The translations under genes and the position numbers were made by a program. A stretch of 64,000 nt of DNA, taken from positions 9,161 to 73,160 of IMG/VR virus record IMGVR_UViG_3300042294_002813, one strand, 5' to 3'. Below, in pieces: positions 19,427 through 28,709 of this stretch (the stretch's first letter is position 1; every line of letters starts with the position of its first letter). The stretch comes from a virus. The notes beneath the pieces are model-generated. The model did no database searches, was not told where the DNA came from, and saw only the letters and a program-made list of their open reading frames with translations.

Positions 19427-19832
19427 CGGTCTGTTGTTCTTTGTTTTGTCTTAATAGTTTTTGAAGTTCTGCTGTTGATCCAACAAATACTGCATTTTGT
19501 ACATTTACGCCGCTAGAAGACTTTGGTGTATCTTCATTCAATTCTTTCATTTTCTTTTGTAGATCAATCAATTCTTTTGTTACTTCTGATATGTTCTTTA
19601 TCATACCAGCAACAACTTCATATGCTCTTGGACTTTCGCTTTGTTTAGCGACAAAGAGCAATTCATCAAGTGCTTCTTCACCTTTTCGAACAAGATTACG
19701 AATTGTTTGACGACTTAAATCGTAATCTGTCTGCGTATCATTTTGAGGTTCTGCTTGAACAGGAACTATTTCCTGTTTCTTTACTGGTTCGATATTCAAT
19801 ATCTCACTCAAGTTATCATCAATCTTGCTCAT
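19419..19832 (-). CDS. 16: gp16 terminase small subunit
   Basis: DYDLSR..., ESPRAYEV, NAVFVGSTAELQKLL. Confidence 0.95.
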   Translation of the reverse strand: MSKIDDNLSEILNIEPVKKQEIVPVQAEPQNDTQTDYDLSRQTIRNLVRKGEEALDELLFVAKQSESPRAYEVVAGMIKNISEVTKELIDLQKKMKELNEDTPKSSSGVNVQNAVFVGSTAELQKLLRQNKEQQTDG

Positions 19833-20893
19833 TATAATCCTAGTGTATTGGGAAATTCTATTATCGTTTCCGTAAATCCAAAGTCGCTATTCACATTTGC
19901 AGTTGTTGGATCTGGAACAACTGTTGCAATTACCAGTTTGATATTTGAAACATACGAACTCGATACATTCCAATTAGCTCCAGATGACGCGCCAGTTATT
20001 TCTACATTACTTACAAAAGCACCAAACGAATTTTTCGATCCATACACATTTTTTATGTATAGCTTTCTATTTGATGTATCATGTTCAATGACTTCAGCTT
20101 TTGCATCAGCAAATTCATATGAAGTGCCTTGCCAAATTGTTTCTCCGGTCTTGAACGAACTAAATCCCCCCGATTGAAGATCTAGAACATATATCGAAGA
20201 ACCACCAGATGTTCCGCTTGAGAATGTACCATACATATTCGTATTTGCTTTTTTAATGATCTTGGAATCTGAAATAGGACCAAATAGCATTGCTTTGACC
20301 GTAAATGTCAAATCAAATATGACAACACGAGTTGCATCTTGATCGTGTGGTCCTTCAGAATCAACAGTATATCTAACAGACTTCAATATGATCGGAACAT
20401 CTTTCTTGATACCCATTGTGCTAACAAGATCTAGAGTCATGGTATAGTCGGGATTGAAAATCGGCAAGATTTGTTCTACAATCTGCCAACCATCTTCAAT
20501 ATTACGAACATATATTGAAAGACTAAAATCATAATTATATGGAACGCCCATGTACTGTGTTTTTTGAGTTGTATTTGTAGCAGTAGCAAGATTTGTGTTT
20601 CGTATCATGCTACTTTGTTTTCTAGAAGGATCATAATCAACGCCTGAGATTTCAAAAGACATTCTAGGTAGTGTTACCTGAATGCTTTTTAGCAAATTTG
20701 GATCACCTTTTATGCGATTATAGAATTTTTCTTTCTGTGCATATACTATGGGAACAAGAACACGCTCAAGTTCCGTTGTTCCTGCCTTATTGTATCGCAC
20801 AAGTTGAATTTCATTGAATAGTGATCCAAATGCAACAACAATCTTTCTGGTTATGCGATGATAGAAATGATTGCCAAATATTCCAGACATCAA
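19832..20893 (-). CDS. 15: gp15 tail sheath stabilizer / tail terminator, with inserted beta module
   Basis: FYHRITRK.VVAFGSLFN, TLPRMSFE, QIVEQILP.F.P, FGF.ETI. Confidence 0.92.
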   Translation of the reverse strand: MMSGIFGNHFYHRITRKIVVAFGSLFNEIQLVRYNKAGTTELERVLVPIVYAQKEKFYNRIKGDPNLLKSIQVTLPRMSFEISGVDYDPSRKQSSMIRNTNLATATNTTQKTQYMGVPYNYDFSLSIYVRNIEDGWQIVEQILPIFNPDYTMTLDLVSTMGIKKDVPIILKSVRYTVDSEGPHDQDATRVVIFDLTFTVKAMLFGPISDSKIIKKANTNMYGTFSSGTSGGSSIYVLDLQSGGFSSFKTGETIWQGTSYEFADAKAEVIEHDTSNRKLYIKNVYGSKNSFGAFVSNVEITGASSGANWNVSSSYVSNIKLVIATVVPDPTTANVNSDFGFTETIIEFPNTLGL

Positions 20894-21774
20894 GGTTCTC
20901 CGAATGGATTAGTTTCGGTAAAATCAATGATGCCATTTGCATCAGTTTGTATCTCAAGATTGTTTGTCAATTCGTCAGATACTCCGTCGAAATCTTGTCT
21001 ATTGAATGTAGTCAATGTAAAGTTTGAATTTGATGTTGATCCAATGACATTAGCTCCTGTAGAAAAAGTACCCTTGATATTGATCAATTGTAGCATATTG
21101 TTTGATGGGAACCAATTTTTGACTATCGCAGTCGATGTTGCTGATGCTAGGCTTGAACCCTGATACACGATCTCTTCTCTCTTGTATGCGCCGCTTCCTC
21201 CAGCGACCATTGCCATGTTTTGGGTATACGAATATGCGCGACCAACATCATCAATTTCCTTGACGCCCGTCGCAAATCTTTCATTTGAAAATTTGTACAA
21301 TTCCATACTCAATTCATAGTAATAAAATAGTGGAGGACGACGACCAAGAGTATAGAAGTTTCTTTCTTCTTCCACATACTTGATTTCATATAAATTGGCT
21401 AAAGCTGCAATATAAACAAGATCTCCTTCACGAGGTCTTGGATATGCTGCAACAGGAACATATTTTTCATATGTGCGACGAGCAACAACTACCCTAATGG
21501 AGTCGCGAATTTCTAGACCAAACTTGCTAAAGAATTCACCAGGACCTTCAAATCCAGCAACTGATTGAATGTACATTTCCATTGAATATGCAGCATTATA
21601 AAGCTTTACTGTATCTTCTCCATAAATCAAATCTTCATCGCTTAAAGATTTTCTTGGTACGTAATATACATCAGCACCATATTGTCTTATGGATTCGATG
21701 ATAAGATCTTCGGCAAGAAGTTGTTCTTGCGTAACTACACCTGGAAAATTATTGAAGTAGTGATTTACTGCCAT
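20890..21774 (-). CDS. 14: gp14 neck protein
   Basis: EQLL.EDLIIESI..YG.DVYYVPR, SKFGLEIRD, RPREGDL, IDFTE.NPFG. Confidence 0.93.
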   Translation of the reverse strand: MAVNHYFNNFPGVVTQEQLLAEDLIIESIRQYGADVYYVPRKSLSDEDLIYGEDTVKLYNAAYSMEMYIQSVAGFEGPGEFFSKFGLEIRDSIRVVVARRTYEKYVPVAAYPRPREGDLVYIAALANLYEIKYVEEERNFYTLGRRPPLFYYYELSMELYKFSNERFATGVKEIDDVGRAYSYTQNMAMVAGGSGAYKREEIVYQGSSLASATSTAIVKNWFPSNNMLQLINIKGTFSTGANVIGSTSNSNFTLTTFNRQDFDGVSDELTNNLEIQTDANGIIDFTETNPFGEP

Positions 21775-21777
21775 CTG

Positions 21778-22557
21778 TTATACTTTTTTCTTTATTTTAC
21801 CTTTAACCCATTGAGTTCCTGGACAAATAGAACTTCTTTTATTTATTATGCCATTATTCCACCAAAAAGAATTCTTGAACATATCAATATTTTTGGGAAT
21901 ACGTCCCTTTAAAGAGGAACTTATTTTTTTACTTATTTGTTCTTGTAATTCTTTAGAATGTTTCTTACCAAAAAATGGATTATTTTCACCACTCAATCTA
22001 TCACTCAGTTTTTGCTTTGTTTCTTCTGAAAGCTTTCTACCCTTTAAACTCATACTATTAGCTTGACCAATTTTTCTTTTTGTTTCTTCAGTTCTTTTCT
22101 TACCCCTATTAGAATTAGCTCTCTTCGTCTTCTCTTCCTCACTTTGTACTCTATCTTTATTCTTCTCCCAAATAGCTTCCATTTTTTCGCGAACATCATC
22201 GCGAGACATAGCAGCTTTTGTATTTTTTGAAATCTTTTCGTTTATAGTCAATCGTTTTTCATCATCTAGATTTGTCCAGTGATTAAATTTAGTATTAATT
22301 AAATTGTAATATTTGACTCCAAGTTCTTCATCTTTTATAAGTTGAAGCCACTTATATTCAGTTTCTAGAAGATTATTTTTATCTATATTTCTTTGAATTA
22401 TACGACGTTTAAAATCTTGTGGTCTTCTTCTATACGCATCTCTCATTCTATTTGATGAACATATATAACCATCGTTCGGCATACCAAAATGACAACCAAG
22501 ATAATACATTTTTCTTTTTACATCATACCACAAATATATAAATCCATTTTTTTCCAT
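21778..22557 (-). mobile_element. Free-standing GIY-YIG homing endonuclease (Seg-like) with NUMOD3-type repeats
   Basis: GFIYLW...YYLG N-terminal nuclease motif; RTEETKRKIG, LSEETKQKLS and GENNPFFGKKHS repeats; WWNNG C-terminus; more AT-rich than neighbours; inserted between gp13 and gp14. Confidence 0.9.
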
Positions 22558-22592
22558 CGCGATCTCCTTAAAAATATCACGATGTATTTATA
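22555..22592 (-). promoter_or_regulatory. Late promoter plus start-codon-sequestering hairpin of the homing endonuclease
   Basis: TATAAATA (22585-92) followed by CATCGTGAT-attttt-aaggag-ATCGCGATG: a 9-bp stem enclosing the RBS and pairing the ATG. Confidence 0.8.
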
Positions 22593-22605
22593 CAAACCGA
22601 GTGTC

Positions 22606-23565
22606 TCAGCCCAAAATAAATTCCGGTGGAACTTCGTACTTGCTTTGCATTTCTTGTTCAAGAGCAGATATTTCACTTTCTGCTTCTTCAAAAATTTGTT
22701 GTCCATTTAGCTGAACACCACCAGGAAGCTGAATACCACTAAACTTCTTTAGATTTAGTCCCCATTGACGCTTGATGAGCGCAGTAGCATATCTCTTCAA
22801 CCAACGATCATTATATACGTCCGTATATGAATTTGGATCAATAATCTTATATCCCTCAACGATCAAATACTCACCGGCTTGAATATCTGTGCCCCACTGC
22901 AAATCAACATATAATCTATTTTGATGTCTATTGAATCTAATTGGTTGTTCACCAGAGAACAACATGTCCAATGTGCGTAGATGTTGCTGTGTCAACACGA
23001 AATTGACATATGATGTTGAAGTAAAGTCATATAGTTCATGCAGTCGCAACTGATAGCGAAGATCAAACATATTTACTGTAGCATTTGTTGATGATAGGGG
23101 GAATATTCTTGTAACACCAGTAATTGAATCTGCTGCACCTACAACATTTATTGGAACTGTATTTGCACTTGAAGAATATGTCGAATTCATAACCATTGAA
23201 CCCTTGTCATTAATTGACAAGACGGTTTTTGTTTCTCCATTTATAGTCAACTGGGTAACTCCAGCTGCAAATTCGGCAGCAAAATTAGTTCCTGATCCAG
23301 TAACCGTAGCATTTCCAGAAACAACTGTAGCCGCTCCAGAAGCTTGAGTCATATCAATATATTGACGATCAACATCGGTTTGTGTTACTAAATGCTTTAG
23401 ATAAATCTTTTGAATTGCATCATAATGATAATCTTGATAAAACTGAAGAGCATCATCAATGCGATCTTCTACTTGATCGTCGTCAACATTTATGTCAATT
23501 ACTGGAAAACCAAGACGACGCTTGCAATAGTCTATTAGATTTTCTCTAGAACTTGGTACAGCCAT
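22606..23565 (-). CDS. 13: gp13 neck protein
   Basis: PSSRENLIDYCKRRLGFPVIDINVDDDQ, WLKRYATALIKRQWG.NL.KF.G.QLPGGV.LNG. Confidence 0.95.
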   Translation of the reverse strand: MAVPSSRENLIDYCKRRLGFPVIDINVDDDQVEDRIDDALQFYQDYHYDAIQKIYLKHLVTQTDVDRQYIDMTQASGAATVVSGNATVTGSGTNFAAEFAAGVTQLTINGETKTVLSINDKGSMVMNSTYSSSANTVPINVVGAADSITGVTRIFPLSSTNATVNMFDLRYQLRLHELYDFTSTSYVNFVLTQQHLRTLDMLFSGEQPIRFNRHQNRLYVDLQWGTDIQAGEYLIVEGYKIIDPNSYTDVYNDRWLKRYATALIKRQWGLNLKKFSGIQLPGGVQLNGQQIFEEAESEISALEQEMQSKYEVPPEFILG

Positions 23566-23578
23566 TTTATTTTCCCAA

Positions 23579-23734
23579 TTATTGTTGTTTTATTTGTTGT
23601 TCTGCAGTTTTTACTAAAGTATTAATTAAGTTTACAGAAACTTCATACGGCATTTTACCCAAAGAAGTTAAAATTAAATTTAATTGATCAATTGTCAATT
23701 CAAGAGAAATAATTTTTTGATTGTTTTCCATCAT
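23579..23734 (-). CDS. Small hypothetical protein (51 aa, not in ORF track)
   Basis: MMENNQKIISLELTIDQLNLILTSLGKMPYEVSVNLINTLVKTAEQQIKQQ; strong GGAGG RBS; GATAAATA late-promoter-like site at 23756-63. Confidence 0.75.
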   Translation of the reverse strand: MMENNQKIISLELTIDQLNLILTSLGKMPYEVSVNLINTLVKTAEQQIKQQ

Positions 23735-23761
23735 AAACCTCCATTGTTATACTAATATTTA

Positions 23762-23839
23762 TCATGATACTGGACCATTTCTAGTACCTAAGGCAATATA
23801 TGTAATATTCGAATTACCGGAAACGGAGTTTCCCTCTCC
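23762..23839 (-). pseudogene. Remnant C-terminus of a Gly-rich gp38-type adhesin gene
   Basis: Reads GEGNSVSGNSNITYIALGTRNGPVS*, resembling the end of ORF 31062-32603 (GFGISGNNLIRFVAFGTVVGNTSN*). Confidence 0.55.
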
Positions 23840-23840
23840 A

Positions 23841-26800
23841 TTAGGATCTGACATCAGGTATCATTGCACCATACATGTTTGTGCCGTCCGAAACGAATGA
23901 GAATATGTCTACTGCATTTGTAGTTGCTGTTAGTGTTGGAGCAACGTTTGCTGTAAATTTATACTGTCTACCCCATGTTAATGTACTTCCGCCGGATGAT
24001 GTATTTTGTTGTACACGAAGAATATACGTTCCAACACGAATATTTGTTGCATTTGATATTGATCTAGCGCCGCCAAGAGTTACTGTAGCAATTCTTCCTA
24101 ATGACGCATCCCATGAAATTATTGCACCATCAGTTAATGTTTGAGAAAGAACATTTGCTTTTGCATCAGTTACAGATCCAACAATATCTAATGTCGCAGC
24201 TGGTGATGATGTACCGATGCCAACTTTGCCGCTGCTATCGATGTTCAATCTTGGCTGCCAAGTGAGAGCGGCTCCCGCACCACCCGAATTTACGGGTGCG
24301 GCTGCAATAGATACTCCATTTGTAGGGCCGCCAAAATTATTTCCAATACCCCATGCCATCCCATTTTCGTTATATTTCCATGCACCGTCATAATATGCAT
24401 TTACCATATATACCATATAGTCAGATTGTAGTGTAGATGAGCCCGCTACATGAAGACTTGCTTTCGGTGTTGTTGTTCCAATGCCGACGTTCCCGCTGCT
24501 GTCGATCCGCATGCGCTCGGAGCCGCCCGCGTTTAACGTCATTGAGGCGGGAGACGCACCATCTGTCTGGATGCTGACACCACTTGTGCCAGCGCCATTA
24601 AAGATCTGAAGCTGGCTGTTCCCAGACACACGGATATTGCCGCTTACATCCAGCTTTGTGCCGGGCGACGACGTCCCGATGCCCATGTTCCCGCTGCTGT
24701 CGATCCGCATGCGCTCAATGTTGTTAGTACCAAAAACAAGCGGATATGGATCATATACAAAAACTTCCAAATTGCCGTTTTGCGACTCAATTCGTGATGT
24801 GGACGCAATTCTTCGGGCGTACATATGAATGCGTTCACTACCTGTAGTATTTGTTAGTCGAAAGGTTTCACCTGTGGTATGTGATATTTCTAATGGAACA
24901 CTAGGTGCTGATGTTCCAATTCCAACTTGTCCTGCAGAACCAATACGCATACGTTCAGTAAGTGATGTTCCAAATACAAGTGTATTTGCTGCAGGCGAAT
25001 GTATAAACGATAATCCAGTGCCACCCCAATATATTCCAGCATTAGCACTGGTTGCAAATGCTATATTAGCGCCAGACATGACAAGATTGCCAGTCATTGT
25101 GTTACCAGTTTTTAATACCCCAGCATTAGCTCTAGCAAAAGCTGCATCTGCAGTTATGTTAGCTGTATTAGCTCTAGCAAATGCTTCAGATGCAATAACA
25201 TTTGCGGTATTAGCTTTATCATATGCACCAGATGCAATTGTGTTCGCATCATTGGCTCTAGCAAAGGCAGAATCTGCAGTTATATTAGCTGTGTTAGCTT
25301 TATCAAAAGCTGCAACCGCAAACACGTTAGCTATGTTAGCTTTATCAAACGCTGATGATGCAACTATATTTGCACTATTAGCTTTGTCAAATGCAGCATT
25401 AGAAATGGCAGATGTTGCATTGGCCTGTGCAAATGCACCATTTGCATGTGTACGTGCTGTGTTAGCTTGATCATAAGCAGCATTGGCTAAGCCAGATGTT
25501 ATGTTTTGAGCAGCAAATGCTGATGTTGCAAACACATTAGCTATGTTAGCTTTATCAAATGCTATAGAAAGTGTTGGAACTATATTTACACCTGCTACTG
25601 TCGAAGAAATTGCAATTACAACAGTATTGGCAATTAAATTACCTTTATAATAATTTGCGTTCACATTTGATAATGCAAATGAAGGATGTGCAATATTAAT
25701 TATGTCATTTGCTACGATTTCTGGAGTATATCCATTGAATATAAGATATTCTTTACTGGTTGCATCTCTAATAAATCCAGTATGTGCATTTACTCCATCA
25801 TTATAATGTCCAACAAAACCAATATCTACTAAATCAGAAAAATAGTTGCTATTTGCCAAAAATATTAAAGAATCATTAATAACTAGTGAAGAAACATTGA
25901 AAACTGTAGAATTTCCTATTACAATTAGATTTCCTGAAATAGAAACATCGCCTGAAATAGTTCCGCCTGTTGATGGAAATGCTGCGTTAGCTTTATCAAA
26001 CGCTGATGATGCAACTATATTTGCACTATTAGCTTTATCATATGCATTAGAAGCAATTACATTAGCACTATTGGCTTGATCAAACGCTGATGATGCAATT
26101 ACGTTTGCAATGTTAGCTTTATCGTATGCTGCTGATGCAACTATATTTGCACTATTAGCTTTATCATATGCACCTGATGCAATTACGTTTGCTGTGTTAG
26201 CTTTATCAAATGCTGCTGATGCAATTACGTTTGCTGTATTAGCTTGATCGAATGCAAGATTGGCAATAAGATTAGCTGCATTAGCTCTAGCAAAGGCAGA
26301 GTCTGCAGTTGTGTTAGCTGTGTTAGCTTTATCAAAAGCTGCAACCGCAAACACGTTTGCTGTGTTAGCTTTGTCATATGCAAGATTAGCAATTAAGTTG
26401 GCAGCATTGGCTTGGGCAAAAGCAGCATCTGCAGTTATATTTGCACTATTAGCTTTATCATATGCACCTGATGCAATTACGTTTGCAATGTTAGCTTTAT
26501 CGTATGCTGCTGATGCAATAACGTTAGAAACATTGGCTTTATCAAATGCAACGTTGGCTATAACTAATGTAACATTTTGTGCATCATACGCACTGATAGC
26601 TATTACATTGGCAATATTGGCTTTGTCATAAGCATCAGATGCAATTACATTAGCAACATTAGCTTTATCATATGCTCCAGATGCTATAACGTTTGCACCA
26701 TTAGCTTTATCAAATGCACCAGAAGCAATTATATTAGCACTATTAGCTTTATCAAATGAAGAATTAGCTATGACTAATGTGACATTTTGTGCATCATATG

Positions 26801-28088
26801 CACTTGAAGCAATACCATTAGCAGCATTGGCTTTATCATATGCACCAGAAGCAATTATATTAGCACTATTAGCTTTATCATATGCAAGATTGGCAATAAG
26901 ATTAGCTGCATTAGCTCTAGCAAAGGCAGAGTCTGCAGTTGTGTTAGCTGTGTTAGCTTTATCATATGCTAGATTGGCAATTAAATTAGCAACATTGGCT
27001 CTAGCAAAGGCAGAGTCTGCAGTTGTGTTAGCTGTGTTAGCTTTATCGTATGCTAGGTTAGCTATGAGATTAATTACGTTAGCTAGAGCGAAAGCATCGT
27101 CTGCGGTTATGTTAGCCGTGTTGGCTTTATCATATGCACCAGATGCAATTGTGTTTGCTATGTTTGCTTTATCAAATGCAGAAGATGCAACAATTGTTGC
27201 AAATGCAGCATTGTCAGTTGCAATATTAGCTTGATTATAAGCTGAAGATGCAATTATTTCAACAGAGTTTCCTTTATCAAACGCAGCAGATGCGACGACG
27301 TTAGAACTATTAGCTTGAGCAAAAGCTGCAACTGCAAATACGTTTGCTGTATTTGCTTTATCAAACGCAGCAATTGCAAGTTCACCTGATGCAAGATTGG
27401 CTTTATCAAATGCTGCAGACGCAATGATGTTAGCAACATTAGCAAAATTAAATGCTGCAGATGCAACAATGTTAGAACTATTGGCCTTATCAAACGCAGC
27501 AGATGCGACGATGTTAGAACTATTAGCTTGAGCAAAAGCTGCAACTGCAAATACGTTTGCTGTATTTGCTTTATCAAATGCAAGATTTGCAATCAAATTA
27601 GCTGCATTAGCTTTAGCAAATGCTGCAACAGCAAATACGTTTGCCGTATTAGCTCTATCAAATGCAAGATTAGCAATCAGATTTGCCGCATTAGCTTGAG
27701 CAAAAGCTGCAACTGCAAATACGTTTGCTGTATTTGCTTTATCAAATGCAAGATTTGCAATCAAATTAGCTGCATTAGCTTTAGCAAATGCTGCAACTGA
27801 AGTTGTATTAGCGGTATTAGCTTGATTGAATGCAGCTACAGCAGTTGTGTTAGCTACGTTGGCTTGAGCGAAAGCAAGATTAGCTTGGTCAAATGCAGCA
27901 GAACCATTTCCAGTTCCACCACCGCCTCCACTTCCACTTATACTAAGAACTGTACCATTTGCTGCTTTATAGAACAGTAGTCCATCGGCATAGTTTAATG
28001 CTAATTCTCCAAATTCTAAATTTGCAGCAGTTGGAGTATTTCCAGTAGTTCCTGAATTTTTTAAAATAATAGTTGTAGTATTTGCCAT
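23841..28088 (-). CDS. Long tail fibre / fibre-like protein with 14-aa Ala/Asn repeats
   Basis: N-terminal TPTAANLEFGELALNYADGLLFYK module, dozens of A(F/Y)DKANxANxxAxx repeats, ERMRIDSSGNVGIGT repeats, C-terminal domain shared with ORF 32605-33336. Confidence 0.88.
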   Translation of the reverse strand: MANTTTIILKNSGTTGNTPTAANLEFGELALNYADGLLFYKAANGTVLSISGSGGGGGTGNGSAAFDQANLAFAQANVANTTAVAAFNQANTANTTSVAAFAKANAANLIANLAFDKANTANVFAVAAFAQANAANLIANLAFDRANTANVFAVAAFAKANAANLIANLAFDKANTANVFAVAAFAQANSSNIVASAAFDKANSSNIVASAAFNFANVANIIASAAFDKANLASGELAIAAFDKANTANVFAVAAFAQANSSNVVASAAFDKGNSVEIIASSAYNQANIATDNAAFATIVASSAFDKANIANTIASGAYDKANTANITADDAFALANVINLIANLAYDKANTANTTADSAFARANVANLIANLAYDKANTANTTADSAFARANAANLIANLAYDKANSANIIASGAYDKANAANGIASSAYDAQNVTLVIANSSFDKANSANIIASGAFDKANGANVIASGAYDKANVANVIASDAYDKANIANVIAISAYDAQNVTLVIANVAFDKANVSNVIASAAYDKANIANVIASGAYDKANSANITADAAFAQANAANLIANLAYDKANTANVFAVAAFDKANTANTTADSAFARANAANLIANLAFDQANTANVIASAAFDKANTANVIASGAYDKANSANIVASAAYDKANIANVIASSAFDQANSANVIASNAYDKANSANIVASSAFDKANAAFPSTGGTISGDVSISGNLIVIGNSTVFNVSSLVINDSLIFLANSNYFSDLVDIGFVGHYNDGVNAHTGFIRDATSKEYLIFNGYTPEIVANDIINIAHPSFALSNVNANYYKGNLIANTVVIAISSTVAGVNIVPTLSIAFDKANIANVFATSAFAAQNITSGLANAAYDQANTARTHANGAFAQANATSAISNAAFDKANSANIVASSAFDKANIANVFAVAAFDKANTANITADSAFARANDANTIASGAYDKANTANVIASEAFARANTANITADAAFARANAGVLKTGNTMTGNLVMSGANIAFATSANAGIYWGGTGLSFIHSPAANTLVFGTSLTERMRIGSAGQVGIGTSAPSVPLEISHTTGETFRLTNTTGSERIHMYARRIASTSRIESQNGNLEVFVYDPYPLVFGTNNIERMRIDSSGNMGIGTSSPGTKLDVSGNIRVSGNSQLQIFNGAGTSGVSIQTDGASPASMTLNAGGSERMRIDSSGNVGIGTTTPKASLHVAGSSTLQSDYMVYMVNAYYDGAWKYNENGMAWGIGNNFGGPTNGVSIAAAPVNSGGAGAALTWQPRLNIDSSGKVGIGTSSPAATLDIVGSVTDAKANVLSQTLTDGAIISWDASLGRIATVTLGGARSISNATNIRVGTYILRVQQNTSSGGSTLTWGRQYKFTANVAPTLTATTNAVDIFSFVSDGTNMYGAMIPDVRS
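25120..27905 (-). repeat. 42-bp (14-aa) degenerate tandem repeat arrays in the fibre gene, in two blocks (~25980-27905 and ~25120-25560)
   Basis: Recurring ttagctttatca every 42 nt; long near-identical copies, e.g. ~26254-26333 vs ~26884-26963. Confidence 0.9.
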
Positions 28089-28321
28089 TAGAAAGTACCA
28101 CCAAATATTACGGGAAGTGCTTTTATTTCATATTTTAAAGTTTCCGAATTGTAAACAAGAGTACTATTATTGCTTGAATCTATAATCGAAACATCTGTTA
28201 GTCCTGCTAGCGTTGTAGTTGCAACGGCACTTGGAGTCAAGCTTCTTACTTTTTGCTGGTTTTGTGAATTTATGCTAACCGCAGTTGAACTAGGACCTGC
28301 AATTCTAACAGCTATTGTCAT
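28088..28321 (-). CDS. Small fibre-associated virion protein
   Basis: LAGLTDV...STLVYNSET.KY...GGTF motif seen in fibre-associated proteins; stop overlaps the fibre start. Confidence 0.7.
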   Translation of the reverse strand: MTIAVRIAGPSSTAVSINSQNQQKVRSLTPSAVATTTLAGLTDVSIIDSSNNSTLVYNSETLKYEIKALPVIFGGTF

Positions 28322-28322
28322 T

Positions 28323-28658
28323 TTAAGATACCTTAGGCGTTACCGTAAGAATACCCTCAATAACTCTAGTTACCACGCTTCCCGGACTAGTAGTTTTTAC
28401 ATCATAAACATATCTTCCGGCCTTGATGTTTGTTGAGACACCAGATGACAATGCAATCGTTACATTTCCGTTTGCGGCATCATTTATTGTTGATGTAAAA
28501 ACGGCAGTATTGTTTACTGAATAATAAGATTTCTTGATATTCGCATTGATAGAATATCCGGAAACATTAATAGGCAAGTTTGTTGTGTCGTCTGTTAGGG
28601 TTAGAATTGTGCTAAAAGTAGAACCCTGGTCTACTATGAGTTCTGCATATGATGCCAT
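28323..28658 (-). CDS. Virion structural protein (Ig-like/BppU-like adaptor)
   Basis: L.VDQGSTF, G.VTIALS, KAGRYVYDV, RVIEG.LTVTP pattern; ACTAAATA late-promoter-like site at 28676-83. Confidence 0.75.
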   Translation of the reverse strand: MASYAELIVDQGSTFSTILTLTDDTTNLPINVSGYSINANIKKSYYSVNNTAVFTSTINDAANGNVTIALSSGVSTNIKAGRYVYDVKTTSPGSVVTRVIEGILTVTPKVS

Positions 28659-28709
28659 TGTCTTACCTTTTTAGCTATTTAGTATAAGTGGCAAATCGCT
28701 TTTTTGAAA

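Noticed and set aside
21775-22605. Group I intron around the GIY-YIG gene
   Set aside because: gp13 and gp14 are both intact and the flanks are too short for a ribozyme core, so the endonuclease is free-standing.
24829-27800. Long plus-strand Ala/Leu-rich ORFs opposite the fibre gene
   Set aside because: Antisense frames kept open by the repetitive codons; no independent expression signals.
25120-27905. Regular repeats as a CRISPR array
   Set aside because: They are degenerate 42-bp in-frame coding repeats with no unique spacers and no cas genes.
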